This document shows, piece after piece, positions 39,308 to 49,960 of a DNA stretch of 64,000 nt. How positions within the stretch are numbered: the first letter of the stretch is position 1; every line of letters starts with the position of its first letter. The DNA comes from an uncultured Gemmatimonadales bacterium (GTDB lineage: Bacteria; Gemmatimonadota; Gemmatimonadetes; Longimicrobiales; Gaopeijiaceae): NCBI GenBank assembly GCA_963809895.1, contig CAWELD010000004.1, forward strand, positions 195,356 through 259,355, given 5' to 3'. The notes under the pieces are model-generated. The model searched no databases. It saw only the letters and a list, made by a program, of their open reading frames with translations, and was not told the origin of the DNA. The position numbers were made by a program, and so were the translations under genes.

Positions 39308-41982
39308 AACGGACGCCCATGCCTCGCACGGTACGGGTCCTGGTGCGGCTCTTCCTCGGCTTGTATCCGCCGGCCTTCCGCCGTGGCTGGGGTCACGCCT
39401 ACCGCGAAGCCGCGGCCGATCGGTGGGGCCGCGAGCGCGCCGCGGGTCGCGGCTTGTTCTCGTTCACCCTGTTTCTCGCGCGCGACACGCTCCGGGAGCT
39501 CCCGGCAGCCTGGACCAGGCGCGGCCAGCGCCCGCCAGGTCACCGGAAAGACCCCGGCCACGGAGCCTCCGCGTTGCGGCGCTGGCTCGAGGGACTCGTC
39601 TGGGACGCGCGCATCGCCTTTCGGGCCCTACGCAGAAGGCCCGGGCTGACCGCGCTGGTGGCCGGAACGCTGGCGCTGGGCATCGGCGCCAACGCGGCCA
39701 TCTTCGGCGTCCTCGACCGCGTGATTCTCCGACCGTTCCCGTTCCCCGGCGGCGAGCGGATGGCGTACGTGGTGGACCGGAATGTCCAGCAGGGCTTCTC
39801 CGTCGCCCCCAGTCAGGCCGAGGTGGAGGCGTGGCGGGACGGATCCCGGACCGTCGAGCGTCTGGAGGTGTTGCTGCGGAGGGCCGCAACCCTCCGGCAG
39901 GGCGACGAGGCGGTCCACGTGCCGGTAGTCGGCGTCTCCGGTGGGCTACCCGGAATGATCAGGCTCCAGCCCGTGGTGGGTCGCGCCCTCGGGCCCGCCG
40001 ATGCCGCGCCCGACGCCACGGCGGCGATCATGCTCGCCGAAGACTACTGGCGTAGCCGCTTCGGGTCGGATCCGACGGTGGTGGGCCGCACACTGACGCT
40101 CCGCGAGCAGCCCGTGGTGGTGGTAGGCGTGTGGCCCAGCGACACGCGACTCAGGTTGGATGCGCCGCCCGCGCTCTACGAAGTGCTCCCCCGCGGCCAC
40201 GAGGTCGATCGCGCGAGCTTCACCCAGGCGCTCGCGCTCCTGGCTCCCGGCGTCTCCCGAGGTCAGGTCCAGGCCGAGCTCGGCGCCATCCAGGATCGGG
40301 TACTGGCAGCCGACGGCGAAACGCCCGATGGGTGGCGACCCGCCCTGACCGTACCCAGCGACTACCTGGGCCCCGCGTTCTCGCGCGGCCTCTGGATTCT
40401 CTACGTCGGCGTGGCGCTTCTCCTGATCGCGGCCACCGCCAACGCCGCCAATCTGCTGCTGAACCGCGCCGTGGATCGGGAATCCGAGTTGGGGATCCGC
40501 CTGGCGTTGGGCGGAGGGCGGGGCCGCCTCACCCGTGTCTTCCTGCTGGAGAGCGCCATCCTGGGCATCGCCGGCGCCGCGCTCGGCATCGCCCTGGCGC
40601 GCGCCGCCGGAAGCGTCATGGCCAGCGCCGCGCCTCCCGACATCCCGTCTCGGCTCCTGGCGGGGGTCGGCGGGCGCGTGCCCGGTTACGCCCTGCTGCT
40701 GGTGGCCGGAGTGGTCGGTCTCTGCGGCCTGGTGCCGGCCCTGCACCTGCGCTCGCCCCGCATCCGCCGCCTGCTCGGGGGCCGAAACACCGCAGGCTCC
40801 GCCCGCGGACTCCTGCGCTCGGTTCTGGTGGGAGCGCAGGTGGCGCTGGCCTCCGTCCTCGTGGTGGGAGCCGTGCTCACCGTCCGCAGCCTCAAGGCGC
40901 TCTCGTCGGTCGATCCCGGCTTCGCCCTGTCCGAGCTGGTGACGGTGACCACCCGATTGCCCGAGACCCGCTACCCCACCGATGCCGATCGCGCGGAGAT
41001 GCAACGACGCATGGAGGAGGGGATCGCGGCGCTCCCCGGAGTGGTGGGCGTGGACGGCTCGGGCACCGCGCTCCTGTCCTACTCCATCTCTTCCGGAGAG
41101 CCCCGGCTCGTGGGCGACGACCGCGAGAGCTCGCCCGACCGTTGGACGGCGGTAGCGGGCGCCGAGGAAGACTTCTTCCGGGTCCTCGGGATCCCGGTGC
41201 TCGCCGGCCGGGTGTTCGAGCCCCAGGACCTCACCGACGGTGCCTCCCGGGTCGTCGTGGTCAATCGGGCCTTCGCCGAGCGCTACCCCGCCGGCGTGGT
41301 CGGGCGGGCGCTCCAGTTCGCGGGGGACACGGTTCCCTACCAGGTCGTCGGCGTCGTGGACGACGTGAAGACCTTCAGCCTTCGCGACCGGCCGGGCGGC
41401 ATCCAGGTCTATCATCCCGAGGGCCGCGGGTCGGCCGTATCCGCCTTCCTGCGCTTCAACGTACGGGTCCGCGGGGACCCCGAGCGTGTGCTCTCCGAGG
41501 CCCTGGATCGTGTCCACGCGCTGGACCCGACGCTTCCGATGCCCGAGGGCAGGACCGGCCTGGAACTCCTTCACGAAGAGACGGCCGACGAGCGCTTCCT
41601 CGCGCTCCTGCTCGCGGTCTTCGCCGCCATCTCCCTCAGCCTGGCGGTGGCGGGCGTGTACGGCGCGCTCTCGCTCCAGGTGGCGCGCCGGACCCGGGAG
41701 CTGGGCGTGCGCATGGCCCTGGGAGCGGACCGGGGCCGGGTGCTCGGCGTGGTGTTCCGGGAGGGCATGCGCCCGGTGGTCCTGGGAGCGCTCCTGGGTG
41801 GGGCAGCGGCGGCCGTGCTCGTGCGCTATGTGCGGGCGGTCCTGTACGATGTGTCGCCCGTGGACCCGGTGTCGTTCGTGACCGGCATGGCCTTGCTCCT
41901 GGCCGGGGCCGGTGTCGCGCTTCTGGTCCCCGCACGTCGCGCCACCCGGGTTCCGCCGTCGGAAGCCCTGCGCGCGGACTGA
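39304..41982 (+). CDS. ADOP family duplicated permease
   Basis: Prefix [47 protein letters not shown]. Confidence 0.93.
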   Translation: MKRTPMPRTVRVLVRLFLGLYPPAFRRGWGHAYREAAADRWGRERAAGRGLFSFTLFLARDTLRELPAAWTRRGQRPPGHRKDPGHGASALRRWLEGLVWDARIAFRALRRRPGLTALVAGTLALGIGANAAIFGVLDRVILRPFPFPGGERMAYVVDRNVQQGFSVAPSQAEVEAWRDGSRTVERLEVLLRRAATLRQGDEAVHVPVVGVSGGLPGMIRLQPVVGRALGPADAAPDATAAIMLAEDYWRSRFGSDPTVVGRTLTLREQPVVVVGVWPSDTRLRLDAPPALYEVLPRGHEVDRASFTQALALLAPGVSRGQVQAELGAIQDRVLAADGETPDGWRPALTVPSDYLGPAFSRGLWILYVGVALLLIAATANAANLLLNRAVDRESELGIRLALGGGRGRLTRVFLLESAILGIAGAALGIALARAAGSVMASAAPPDIPSRLLAGVGGRVPGYALLLVAGVVGLCGLVPALHLRSPRIRRLLGGRNTAGSARGLLRSVLVGAQVALASVLVVGAVLTVRSLKALSSVDPGFALSELVTVTTRLPETRYPTDADRAEMQRRMEEGIAALPGVVGVDGSGTALLSYSISSGEPRLVGDDRESSPDRWTAVAGAEEDFFRVLGIPVLAGRVFEPQDLTDGASRVVVVNRAFAERYPAGVVGRALQFAGDTVPYQVVGVVDDVKTFSLRDRPGGIQVYHPEGRGSAVSAFLRFNVRVRGDPERVLSEALDRVHALDPTLPMPEGRTGLELLHEETADERFLALLLAVFAAISLSLAVAGVYGALSLQVARRTRELGVRMALGADRGRVLGVVFREGMRPVVLGALLGGAAAAVLVRYVRAVLYDVSPVDPVSFVTGMALLLAGAGVALLVPARRATRVPPSEALRAD

Positions 41983-42021
41983 GAAGGGAGCGGACGGCCC
42001 GACGGCGGTCGGCGACGTGCC

Positions 42022-43335
42022 TCAGGGAACAGGTCGCCGCCGGGCCTCGGACAGCAGCCGGTCCAGCGCTTGCCGGTCGAGCCACCGTCCCGCCGCCATC
42101 ACCGCCGAGGGGTGCCGCAGGATCGAGAGGTCGACCAGCGGATTGCCGTCCACGGCCACCATGTCCGCCGCGTAGCCGGCCTGGATGCGCCCCGTCTTCA
42201 CGTCCCAGGGCAGGATCTCACCCGGAACCACCGTTGCGGCCCGCAGCGCGGCCTGGGCGCTCAGGCCCGCACGGACCAACGCATCCAGCTCGTCGTGAAG
42301 GCTGAAGCCCGGCACCATCAAGGGATTGGGAGTGTCGGTCCCCGCCATGATCGGCACGTCGCGCGCAGCGAGATCCCGAACGAGGCGACGCTGTGCCTCC
42401 ATGAACCGGACCGTCCAGGGCTGGCCTTCGACCATGCGCGGCTGCATGCCCCCGCCGCGGAGCGACGACCACCAGGCCAGGGTGGCGGAGTCCACGTAGG
42501 CCATCTCGGGCGCCTCGAAGCGGCGATCGAACGCCGAGTCGCGTGCTGCGTTCAGGACCTCCTGCACGGCAAGGGTGGGAGTGACCACCACCCCCGCCCG
42601 AGCGATGGCGTCCGCGGCATCCTCGAGCTGGTCCAGGTCCGCCAGTCCGTGGCCGAGCTGGGCCATGACGATTTTCTCCGCGTGCTCGAGACTCTGGCCG
42701 GCGGCGAGTGCGCCGGCGAGGCCGACATCGGCGGGAATGTGACCCGTGAGAGGCAGCCCCGCCTCATGTGCCACCGCCACCAGGGCCTGATAGACCGGAA
42801 CGCTCAGTCCGTCGTAGATCTTGGCGTAGTCGTATCCCTGCCCGATCATGTCACGGAGCCGCCGGGCCGCGTCGGCGGAGTCCCGGAGCAGCTCGTGCCG
42901 CACCTGAAAGGGCGTGCCGGCAAGGAGCGGAGTGGACACCAACATGCGGGGCCCCGGCAAGGCGCCCTCCGCCACGGCGTCACGCCATCGCAGCCGCGAC
43001 TCCGAACCGTTGAGATCGCGAATTCCGGTGATCCCGTTGGCCAGGAAGAGCGGCAAGTCGGTGGAGTCCATGTGGACATGCGCATCCACCAGCCCGGGGG
43101 CGAGGGTGCGTCCGCGGCCCTGGATCCTGTGTACCCAGGCGGGGAGCTCCACATCCGCCGCCGGGGCCACCTCCAGCACACGCCCCTCCGCCACCAGCAC
43201 GGTGAGCCCCGACTCGACCTGGCCACGGTCGAGGTCGAGGACGCCGAAGTCGAGGAGGGCCGTCGTGTCCGGCCTGGAGCCAGCCACCGCGGTCACCGCA
43301 AGAAGCACCCCCGCCATGAGTCCCATCGTCGTCAT
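42022..43335 (-). CDS. Amidohydrolase family protein
   Basis: APGLVDAHVH, AKIY, LTGH, SLEH, AGTDTP, GYAADMV. Confidence 0.9.
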   Translation of the reverse strand: MTTMGLMAGVLLAVTAVAGSRPDTTALLDFGVLDLDRGQVESGLTVLVAEGRVLEVAPAADVELPAWVHRIQGRGRTLAPGLVDAHVHMDSTDLPLFLANGITGIRDLNGSESRLRWRDAVAEGALPGPRMLVSTPLLAGTPFQVRHELLRDSADAARRLRDMIGQGYDYAKIYDGLSVPVYQALVAVAHEAGLPLTGHIPADVGLAGALAAGQSLEHAEKIVMAQLGHGLADLDQLEDAADAIARAGVVVTPTLAVQEVLNAARDSAFDRRFEAPEMAYVDSATLAWWSSLRGGGMQPRMVEGQPWTVRFMEAQRRLVRDLAARDVPIMAGTDTPNPLMVPGFSLHDELDALVRAGLSAQAALRAATVVPGEILPWDVKTGRIQAGYAADMVAVDGNPLVDLSILRHPSAVMAAGRWLDRQALDRLLSEARRRPVP

Positions 43336-43345
43336 CTCCCTGGTG

Positions 43346-43380
43346 CATGCCTACATCGTAATACGCACAATGTAGACATG
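43346..43380. promoter_or_regulatory. AT-rich inverted repeat, putative operator
   Basis: CATGCCTACAT-N13-ATGTAGACATG (10/11 arms) directly upstream of the amidohydrolase. Confidence 0.55.
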
Positions 43381-43500
43381 CTCGCGCGTCCCGTCCACGT
43401 CGCTCCGCCCGGTCGTGGCGTGGTCTGTAAGGGCCGACGCCGGTCTCGCGTACGGTGACACCGACGATGAAACGCTTCACCCGGGACCCTCCGAACCACC

Positions 43501-44442
43501 ATGCTCCGCCGAATCATCCTGCTCGCGTGCGTGGCCGCATGTGGCTGTGGCGGCACGGATTCCACCACCGCTCCCCCGCCTCCCACGACCGCCATCGAAA
43601 CGCCGGGCACCCACACCCGGTCGATCCAGGCCGCCGGCTTCGATCGCACCTATTCGGTCTACGTTCCCGAGGGAGTGCTGGACGGCCCCGACGCTCCGGC
43701 CATCCTCGTCCTGCACGGCAATCCCCCGGTGGACATGGCGCTGGTCACAGCCATGAACGACCTGGCCGACGAGCGGGGCTTCTACGCCGTGTACCCCCAG
43801 TCGGCCTTCGGCGAGGAGTGGGTGCACAGTTGCCGCTGCACCATCAACGGCGAGCGCGGCGTGGACGACGACGCCTACTTCGAGGCCTTGCTGACCGACC
43901 TGGCCACAGCGGTGCCCCTCGACGGTGGGCGAGCCTACGTCACGGGCTTCTCCAACGGGGGCATGATGACGTACGGGCTGGCGTGCCGCCTCGCGGACCG
44001 CTTTGCGGGCTTCGGGGCGGTGGAGGCCGGCATGTGGCGATGGTTGACCGAACACTGCACGGGCCCCGCCCCCGCGAGGATCCTCATGATCAACGGCACC
44101 GAGGATCCCTCGTTTCCCTGGGATGGGCTCCAGATCGAGACGGCCACCGGCGCGCGGCTCACGCAGATCCCCATCCTCGAGCACGTGGCGTTCTGGGCCG
44201 ACCGCAACGACTGCGCCGCGGAGCCCGAAGTGGAGTCGCTACCGGACCTCACCGACGACGGCACCACCGTTCAGCGCTGGAGCTACGTGGGCTGCGACGC
44301 CCCCACCGTCTTCTACCGCATCGAGGGCGGCGGCCACACCTGGCCGGACATGCCCGTGAACTTCTCGCCGTCGTTGGGCACCAAGAGCCGGGACATCAAC
44401 GCCAGCCGCGTGCTGGTGGATTTCTTCCTGGGTGCGCCGTGA
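43501..44442 (+). CDS. PHB depolymerase/LpqC-like esterase lipoprotein
   Basis: LVLHG, VTGFSNGGMM nucleophile, NGTEDP, EGGGHTWP. Confidence 0.9.
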   Translation: MLRRIILLACVAACGCGGTDSTTAPPPPTTAIETPGTHTRSIQAAGFDRTYSVYVPEGVLDGPDAPAILVLHGNPPVDMALVTAMNDLADERGFYAVYPQSAFGEEWVHSCRCTINGERGVDDDAYFEALLTDLATAVPLDGGRAYVTGFSNGGMMTYGLACRLADRFAGFGAVEAGMWRWLTEHCTGPAPARILMINGTEDPSFPWDGLQIETATGARLTQIPILEHVAFWADRNDCAAEPEVESLPDLTDDGTTVQRWSYVGCDAPTVFYRIEGGGHTWPDMPVNFSPSLGTKSRDINASRVLVDFFLGAP

Positions 44443-44572
44443 GCTCGAGCCGCCCGATCGGCAGCCACGGGCGAAGTCGTCGGCCCGCGCGCCCCACGGC
44501 AGAAACGTCGAGCCTCACGCGTCCAACATCGGGACGAGCGGTCGATCGACGGACGGAGGAGTGGCGTTGAAG

Positions 44573-46003
44573 ATGTGGAGACGGGCGTCGGGGGCCTTAC
44601 TGCTGTGCCTGGCGGCAGGCTGCGGGGGCGATGAGGCCACGGGACCGGTTGAACCGACGCCGAAGCCCCCCTGGCTCGAAGTCGGGTGGCTCGCTCGCGA
44701 GCCCCGCCTGCCCCCTCCCGACAGCCTGGCGCCGCCGGATACGGGCTGGCCGGAGCCCGGAGCGACGGTCACCTGGGTCGCCCACGTGTTGAACCGCGGA
44801 GACGACCCCGCGGACCAGGTCCGGTTCCGGTGGTTGCTGGATGGAATGGTCGTGGACTCCGGGCGCGCCGACCTGCCCCTGGGGGAAACCGAGATCCGTT
44901 GGCAATGGCCCTGGACGTTCGACCGCCACGAGATCTCGTTCCGGATCGATCCCGGGACCGCCATCGACGCTCGCCTGGAAGACGACTCCGTGACCGTCGT
45001 ATCCAACGCCCTGTCCGTGGGATTCTGGATCCACCGGAGCATCTACGCCTGGATGCTCCTGAGCGACCACCACGGGTTCGAGCGCCAGGCCCAGAAATGG
45101 CTGGTCGACTGGAACGCCTTGCTGGCGCGCGACAGCTGGCCCTCGTCTCCACAGGGCGTGCTCGACCGGCTGCGCCTGGACCGCGTGGTAGTGCTCCCGG
45201 ACGGTGCGGCGTATCCCACCGACGTGGACACCGACCTGGTCTGGTTCTTCCGGACCGGATCGACTGATCCCCGCTTCCTGAACGTGGGCTCGACCGAGGC
45301 TCAGCGCACGGACGAGACCATCGTGCTCCACGAGCTGCTGCACCAGCGCGGCGCCGTCGACCTCTACGCCTACGAAGTGCAGCACGACTCCCCCAACGGG
45401 AGCCACGTCGGCATCGTCGAGAACGGTGAACTGGTCGCGGGGACGCCGGCCATGCCGCTGCTGTCCGACGGCGTGACCGTGTTCAAACCGACGCTGGACG
45501 GCCTCATGGGCCGGCTGATCTACCTGCCCGACGCCCGCATCACCGAGCACACGGCGTACAGCCTCAATCTGCGCGCCGGCCTGCGCACACCCCGCTGGAA
45601 CGATGCCACCGGACCGCACGACGGATTCGCCCACGGATGGTATGCGGACTGGATCCCCGACACGACGCTGGTGCGGTTGCGCACGAACAGCGGTGAGCCT
45701 GTCGCCAACGCCCACGTCGAGATCTTCCTGGACCACGACACGTTGTTCTATCAGGACCTCTACCGAGCCGGCCCGGATAGGGAGGTGGACGCTGACGAAG
45801 ACGGGGTCTTCCGGCTCCCGGCCGACATTCTGGACGGCACCTACACCATCGACGTCGAGCCCAAGTCCTGGACCCTGATCCTGCGCGTGACCACGCTCCA
45901 GGGCCGGAGGTATGTCTTTCTCCCGGGTTACGAGTTGAACCTCCCGTATTTCAGGGGAGCCACCGAGCTCGGCCGCATCGATCTGGATACGGGCTTTCCG
46001 TAG
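44573..46003 (+). CDS. Lipoprotein with CARDB-like domain and HExxH zincin motif
   Basis: LAAGC lipobox; WVAHVLNRG Ig-like strand; VLHELLHQRGAVDLY; start could also be 44561/44567. Confidence 0.7.
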   Translation: MWRRASGALLLCLAAGCGGDEATGPVEPTPKPPWLEVGWLAREPRLPPPDSLAPPDTGWPEPGATVTWVAHVLNRGDDPADQVRFRWLLDGMVVDSGRADLPLGETEIRWQWPWTFDRHEISFRIDPGTAIDARLEDDSVTVVSNALSVGFWIHRSIYAWMLLSDHHGFERQAQKWLVDWNALLARDSWPSSPQGVLDRLRLDRVVVLPDGAAYPTDVDTDLVWFFRTGSTDPRFLNVGSTEAQRTDETIVLHELLHQRGAVDLYAYEVQHDSPNGSHVGIVENGELVAGTPAMPLLSDGVTVFKPTLDGLMGRLIYLPDARITEHTAYSLNLRAGLRTPRWNDATGPHDGFAHGWYADWIPDTTLVRLRTNSGEPVANAHVEIFLDHDTLFYQDLYRAGPDREVDADEDGVFRLPADILDGTYTIDVEPKSWTLILRVTTLQGRRYVFLPGYELNLPYFRGATELGRIDLDTGFP

Positions 46004-46041
46004 CGGATCCCCGAAGGCGGCTGAGCGCCCCCGGAAGGCCG

Positions 46042-46755
46042 TCAACCCGCCCCGAAGTGCACCATGGTCAGCGCCGGCAGCGTGTTGATGAGCGCGTGCA
46101 CGACCGCACAGGCCAGAACGTTGCGACGTGAGGCGAGATAGACACCACCCAGGATGAGGCCACCGGGCACCCCCTGGCCCAGGGCGGCCACCCAGGCGGC
46201 GCCCCAGTCTCCAGCCGAGGGCCAGTTCGGGTTCAGATACGCGTAGGGAAGGTGGTAGACTCCGAAGCAGAGTGAGGCTGCCAGCAATCCCCACAGCCGC
46301 GAGCCGGTGAGCCCCTCGAGCCGCGTCTGCAGGAATCCCCGGAAGAAGAACTCCTCGGTGAACCCCGCCGTCAGGAGCATGAGGAGAAAGACCATCGGGA
46401 TCATCCAGATGGCTCCTCCCCCGGCCAGCACGGTCCGGATCTCGGAGACGCGGTTCGAGAGCACGAGTTGAAGCGCTCCCAGGGCGAGTCCCAGGGGGAC
46501 GGCCCAGGCCAGCCCCGAGGTGAGGTTCCCGCGACGGAGTCCCACCGAGGCCAACGCCTGCCGCAGCCGTCCACCCGGCCCGGCGGGCCCGGTGCGGAGG
46601 GCGATCCCCAGCGGCAGCAGCACCAGCGTCAGCCAGTGCAGGCCCTCGGATTCCGGGCGCAGAAAGAGATAGGCGAGATAGACCGCGAAGTACGCGGGGG
46701 CGAGCCACGGGAGAGGGGTCGGGACGGGGTCCGCCGCACCGTCGCGGTCATTCAT
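46042..46755 (-). CDS. CPBP (Abi/CAAX) intramembrane glutamic endopeptidase
   Basis: TEEFFFRG, FGVYH, VVHALIN; start could be 46779. Confidence 0.92.
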   Translation of the reverse strand: MNDRDGAADPVPTPLPWLAPAYFAVYLAYLFLRPESEGLHWLTLVLLPLGIALRTGPAGPGGRLRQALASVGLRRGNLTSGLAWAVPLGLALGALQLVLSNRVSEIRTVLAGGGAIWMIPMVFLLMLLTAGFTEEFFFRGFLQTRLEGLTGSRLWGLLAASLCFGVYHLPYAYLNPNWPSAGDWGAAWVAALGQGVPGGLILGGVYLASRRNVLACAVVHALINTLPALTMVHFGAG

Positions 46756-46834
46756 GTCCACAACGCGTGCGATGTCCATGGCCCGCCCTACGGGAATCCG
46801 CGGACGAACGTGCCAACTCCAGATATCCGTTGCG

Positions 46835-46872
46835 TTACATCCGTCACCGTTATATATCGATGACGGACGTAA
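46835..46872. promoter_or_regulatory. 38-bp near-palindrome, putative tandem PadR operator
   Basis: TTACATCCGTCA-ccgttatatatcga-TGACGGACGTAA; parses as two abutting degenerate ATATC-N7-GATAT boxes. Confidence 0.7.
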
Positions 46873-46908
46873 TTTCGCCGCATGCCACCGACCCGAGCTC
46901 GCCCGACC

Positions 46909-47271
46909 ATGCCCGACCCCTCCGCTCCCGACGCGCTGCCACCGCTCACGCCCGTGGTCTTCCACATCCTGGCCGCCCTGGCCGGCGAGATCCGCCACGG
47001 ATACGCCATCGCCGGAGAAGTGGAGCGGGCCAGCGGGGGCGCCATCCACATGGGCCCGGGCACGCTGTACGGGTCGCTCCAGCGCATGCGCACCGACGGA
47101 CTGCTGACCGAGGCGGAGGACCCGGGGCGCGAAGGCATCCACGCCGAACGCCGGCGCTACTACCGTCTCACCAATCGTGGCCGGGAAGCGCTCGCGGCCG
47201 AGACGGATCGTCTGGCCCGGGCCGCAGCGCTGGGTCGAGAGGCGCTGGGCACTTCGGGGGGCGGGGGCTGA
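46909..47271 (+). CDS. PadR family transcriptional regulator
   Basis: [37 protein letters not shown]. Confidence 0.93.
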   Translation: MPDPSAPDALPPLTPVVFHILAALAGEIRHGYAIAGEVERASGGAIHMGPGTLYGSLQRMRTDGLLTEAEDPGREGIHAERRRYYRLTNRGREALAAETDRLARAAALGREALGTSGGGG

Positions 47272-47272
47272 C

Positions 47273-49949
47273 ATGGCCCGCCGACACGAGCTCGCCGACC
47301 GGATCTACCGCGCGCTGATCCGGCTGTATCCACCGCCGTTCCGGCGCGAGTACGGCCCGGACCTGGTCCAGGCCTTCAGGGATCATGCACGCGAGGCGCG
47401 CTACCACGGCGGCGGGGGCCGACTGCGCCTGGCGGCGTGGATGGTCGCGGACCTCGGGACCTCGGTCCCACGGCAATGGCTGTCGTGGGCGCTCGGTCGC
47501 ACCAGACGACAGGGAGGTGGGGGGATGGGGATCACGATTCTGGATCTGCGCGGCGCGCTACGCTCGCTGGCACGCAGGCCCGCGTACACGCTCACCGCGG
47601 TGGGGACCCTGGCCGTGGGAATCGCCGGCGCGACCACGATCTTCAGCATCGCCGACGGCATCGTGCTCCGGCCGCTGCCGTATCCGGATGCGGACCGGCT
47701 GGTCCAGGTGGGCACGACCTTTTCGGACTGGGACGGCCTGGGATCCGTGGCCCCGGCCGAGTTCGCGGCCTGGCGCAGGGGCGTCGCCGCCTTCGAGTCC
47801 GTTGCCGCGTCCAGGATCCAGCTCCTCACCGTGCACACCGGTGACACGCCCGACGAGCTCACCGGGGCCGGCGTGTCCGGCGACTTCTTCCAGCTCATGG
47901 GTGCCCGTGCCGCGCGCGGCAGGCTCCTGGGCACGGCCGACGACGATCCCGACGCGCCGGCGACGGCGGTCCTCACCCACGGCGCGTGGCTGCGGCGTTT
48001 GGGTGCGGACGACGGGGTGCTCGGAAGCACGGTCTCCATGGACGGCACCCCCTTCACCATCGTGGGAGTCCTTCCGGCGAGCTATCGGCCCCCAGAAGCG
48101 CTCTACCAGCAGGACGTCGAGGTCTACATCCCGCTGACCCGGGTGGCCGACGACGTCTCGCCCGAGGTCTTCGACTCCTCGTTCCTGCAGGTCGTGGCCC
48201 GGCTCCGCGGAGGCATCCGTGCCGGGGTCGCCGCGGAACAGCTCCACGCCGCCGAGGACGAGCTCCTGCGCGAACGGGGCGTGCCGCCAGATGCCCGCTC
48301 CGTGGGGCTGCGGCCGTTGCAGGATCGGACCGTGGGCGAATTCGGCCACACGCTGCTGCCGTTCCTGGCCGCGGTGGGTCTGCTCCTGCTCGTGGCGTGC
48401 GCCAACGTCGCCAACCTCTCGCTGATCCGGGCCACCGAGCGGGGCCGGGAGATGGCGGTGCGAGCGGCGCTGGGCGCCGGCCGCGCCCGCGTGGTACGAC
48501 AACTCCTCACCGAGAGCCTGGTCACCGCCCTGGCCGCCGGGGCCCTGGGCGCCGCGCTGGCCTGGGGCTCCGTGGCGCTCTTCCACCGCTTCGCGCCGCC
48601 ATCGGTTCCACGAGCCGCGGAGGTGGCGGTGGATGGCCGCGTCCTCGCCTTCGGGCTCGCCGTGGCGCTCGTCACCGGCCTGCTCTTCGGCCTGGCGCCG
48701 GTGCTGCACGTCGTGCGCGCCCGCATCGGCGACGGCCTTCGGGACCGCAGCGGGCTGCAGCCTCCGGGCATGCGCCTGCGGAGCGTGCTGGTGGTGGGCG
48801 AGATCGCCTTCGCCATGGTCCTGGTCGTGGGGGGGACGCTCCTGGTGGGCTCGCTCCTCCGCCTCATGGGCACCGACCTGGGCTTCCGCCCGTCGGGTGC
48901 CGCGTACATGACGGTGATGCCCGAAGGGCCGCGATGGGACGATCCGGAGCAGCGTCTCTCCCTCTACCGCGATCTCGCGACGCGGGTGGCGGCCCTGCCC
49001 GGGGTCACCGCCGTCGGCGGCGTGAGCAACCTGCCCCTGGGCGGGCGACAGCCGCATCAACATCACCGTGGAGGGCTACACGCCGCCCTCCGATGCCGAC
49101 GCCAGCGTCAGCTATCACCGCATTCTGCCGGGATTCTTCCAGGCGGCGGGAATCCGCGTACTGGAGGGTCGAAGCCCGAGCTGGAACGAGCCCGACGCCG
49201 CGGGATCGGTCTCCGTGGTCGTGAACCGGGCCATGGCTCGCCGCTACTGGCCGGGCCAGAGCGCGCTGGGACGCCATCTGCACCTCGGCAGTTCGGGCGG
49301 GAACGCCACCTGGATGACGGTGCGCGGCGTGGTGGGCGACGTGCGCCAGGTGTCTCCGGGGATTCCGCCCGAGCCTCAGCTGTACCTGCCGTACACACGC
49401 ACGCCCTCGGGATTCCAGGTGCTGGTGGCGAGAACGGGTGGCGACCCCGCCACGCTCGTGGCTCCCATGCGCCGGATCCTCGCCGAGCTCGCACCGGACC
49501 TGCCCGCCCGCCGCAGCGGGACGCTGGCGTCGCACGTCGCGCAGAGCCTGGTCACGCCCCGCTTCTACGCGCTCATCCTGGCGACGCTGGCCGGCATGGC
49601 CCTGGTCCTGGCCCTGGTGGGGGTCTACGGCACCATGGCCTACGCCGTACGGACCCGCACCCGCGAGCTCGGCGTGCGCATGGCGTTGGGCGCGGGCCGC
49701 GGACGTGTGCGGGCGATGGTCCTGGGCCGGGGAATGCGCATGGCGGTGGCGGGTGTGGTCCTGGGCCTGCTGTTGGCCCTGGGCTGGACCCGCCTCCTGG
49801 CGAGCCTGGTCTACGGCGTCTCACCCGACGACCCCGTGACCCTGGCGGCGGCGGGCGTCGCGGTGACCGTGGCCGCCGTTCTGGCCTCGTGGATTCCCGC
49901 GATGCGGGCGACACGGGTGGATCCGGCCCGGGCTCTCAGGGCGGACTGA
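47273..49949 (+). pseudogene. ADOP family duplicated permease, one +1 frameshift at ~49044
   Basis: Prefix [31 protein letters not shown]; removing one G gives [16 protein letters not shown] continuing to [21 protein letters not shown]. Confidence 0.85.
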
Positions 49950-49960
49950 GACGCCCCGAA

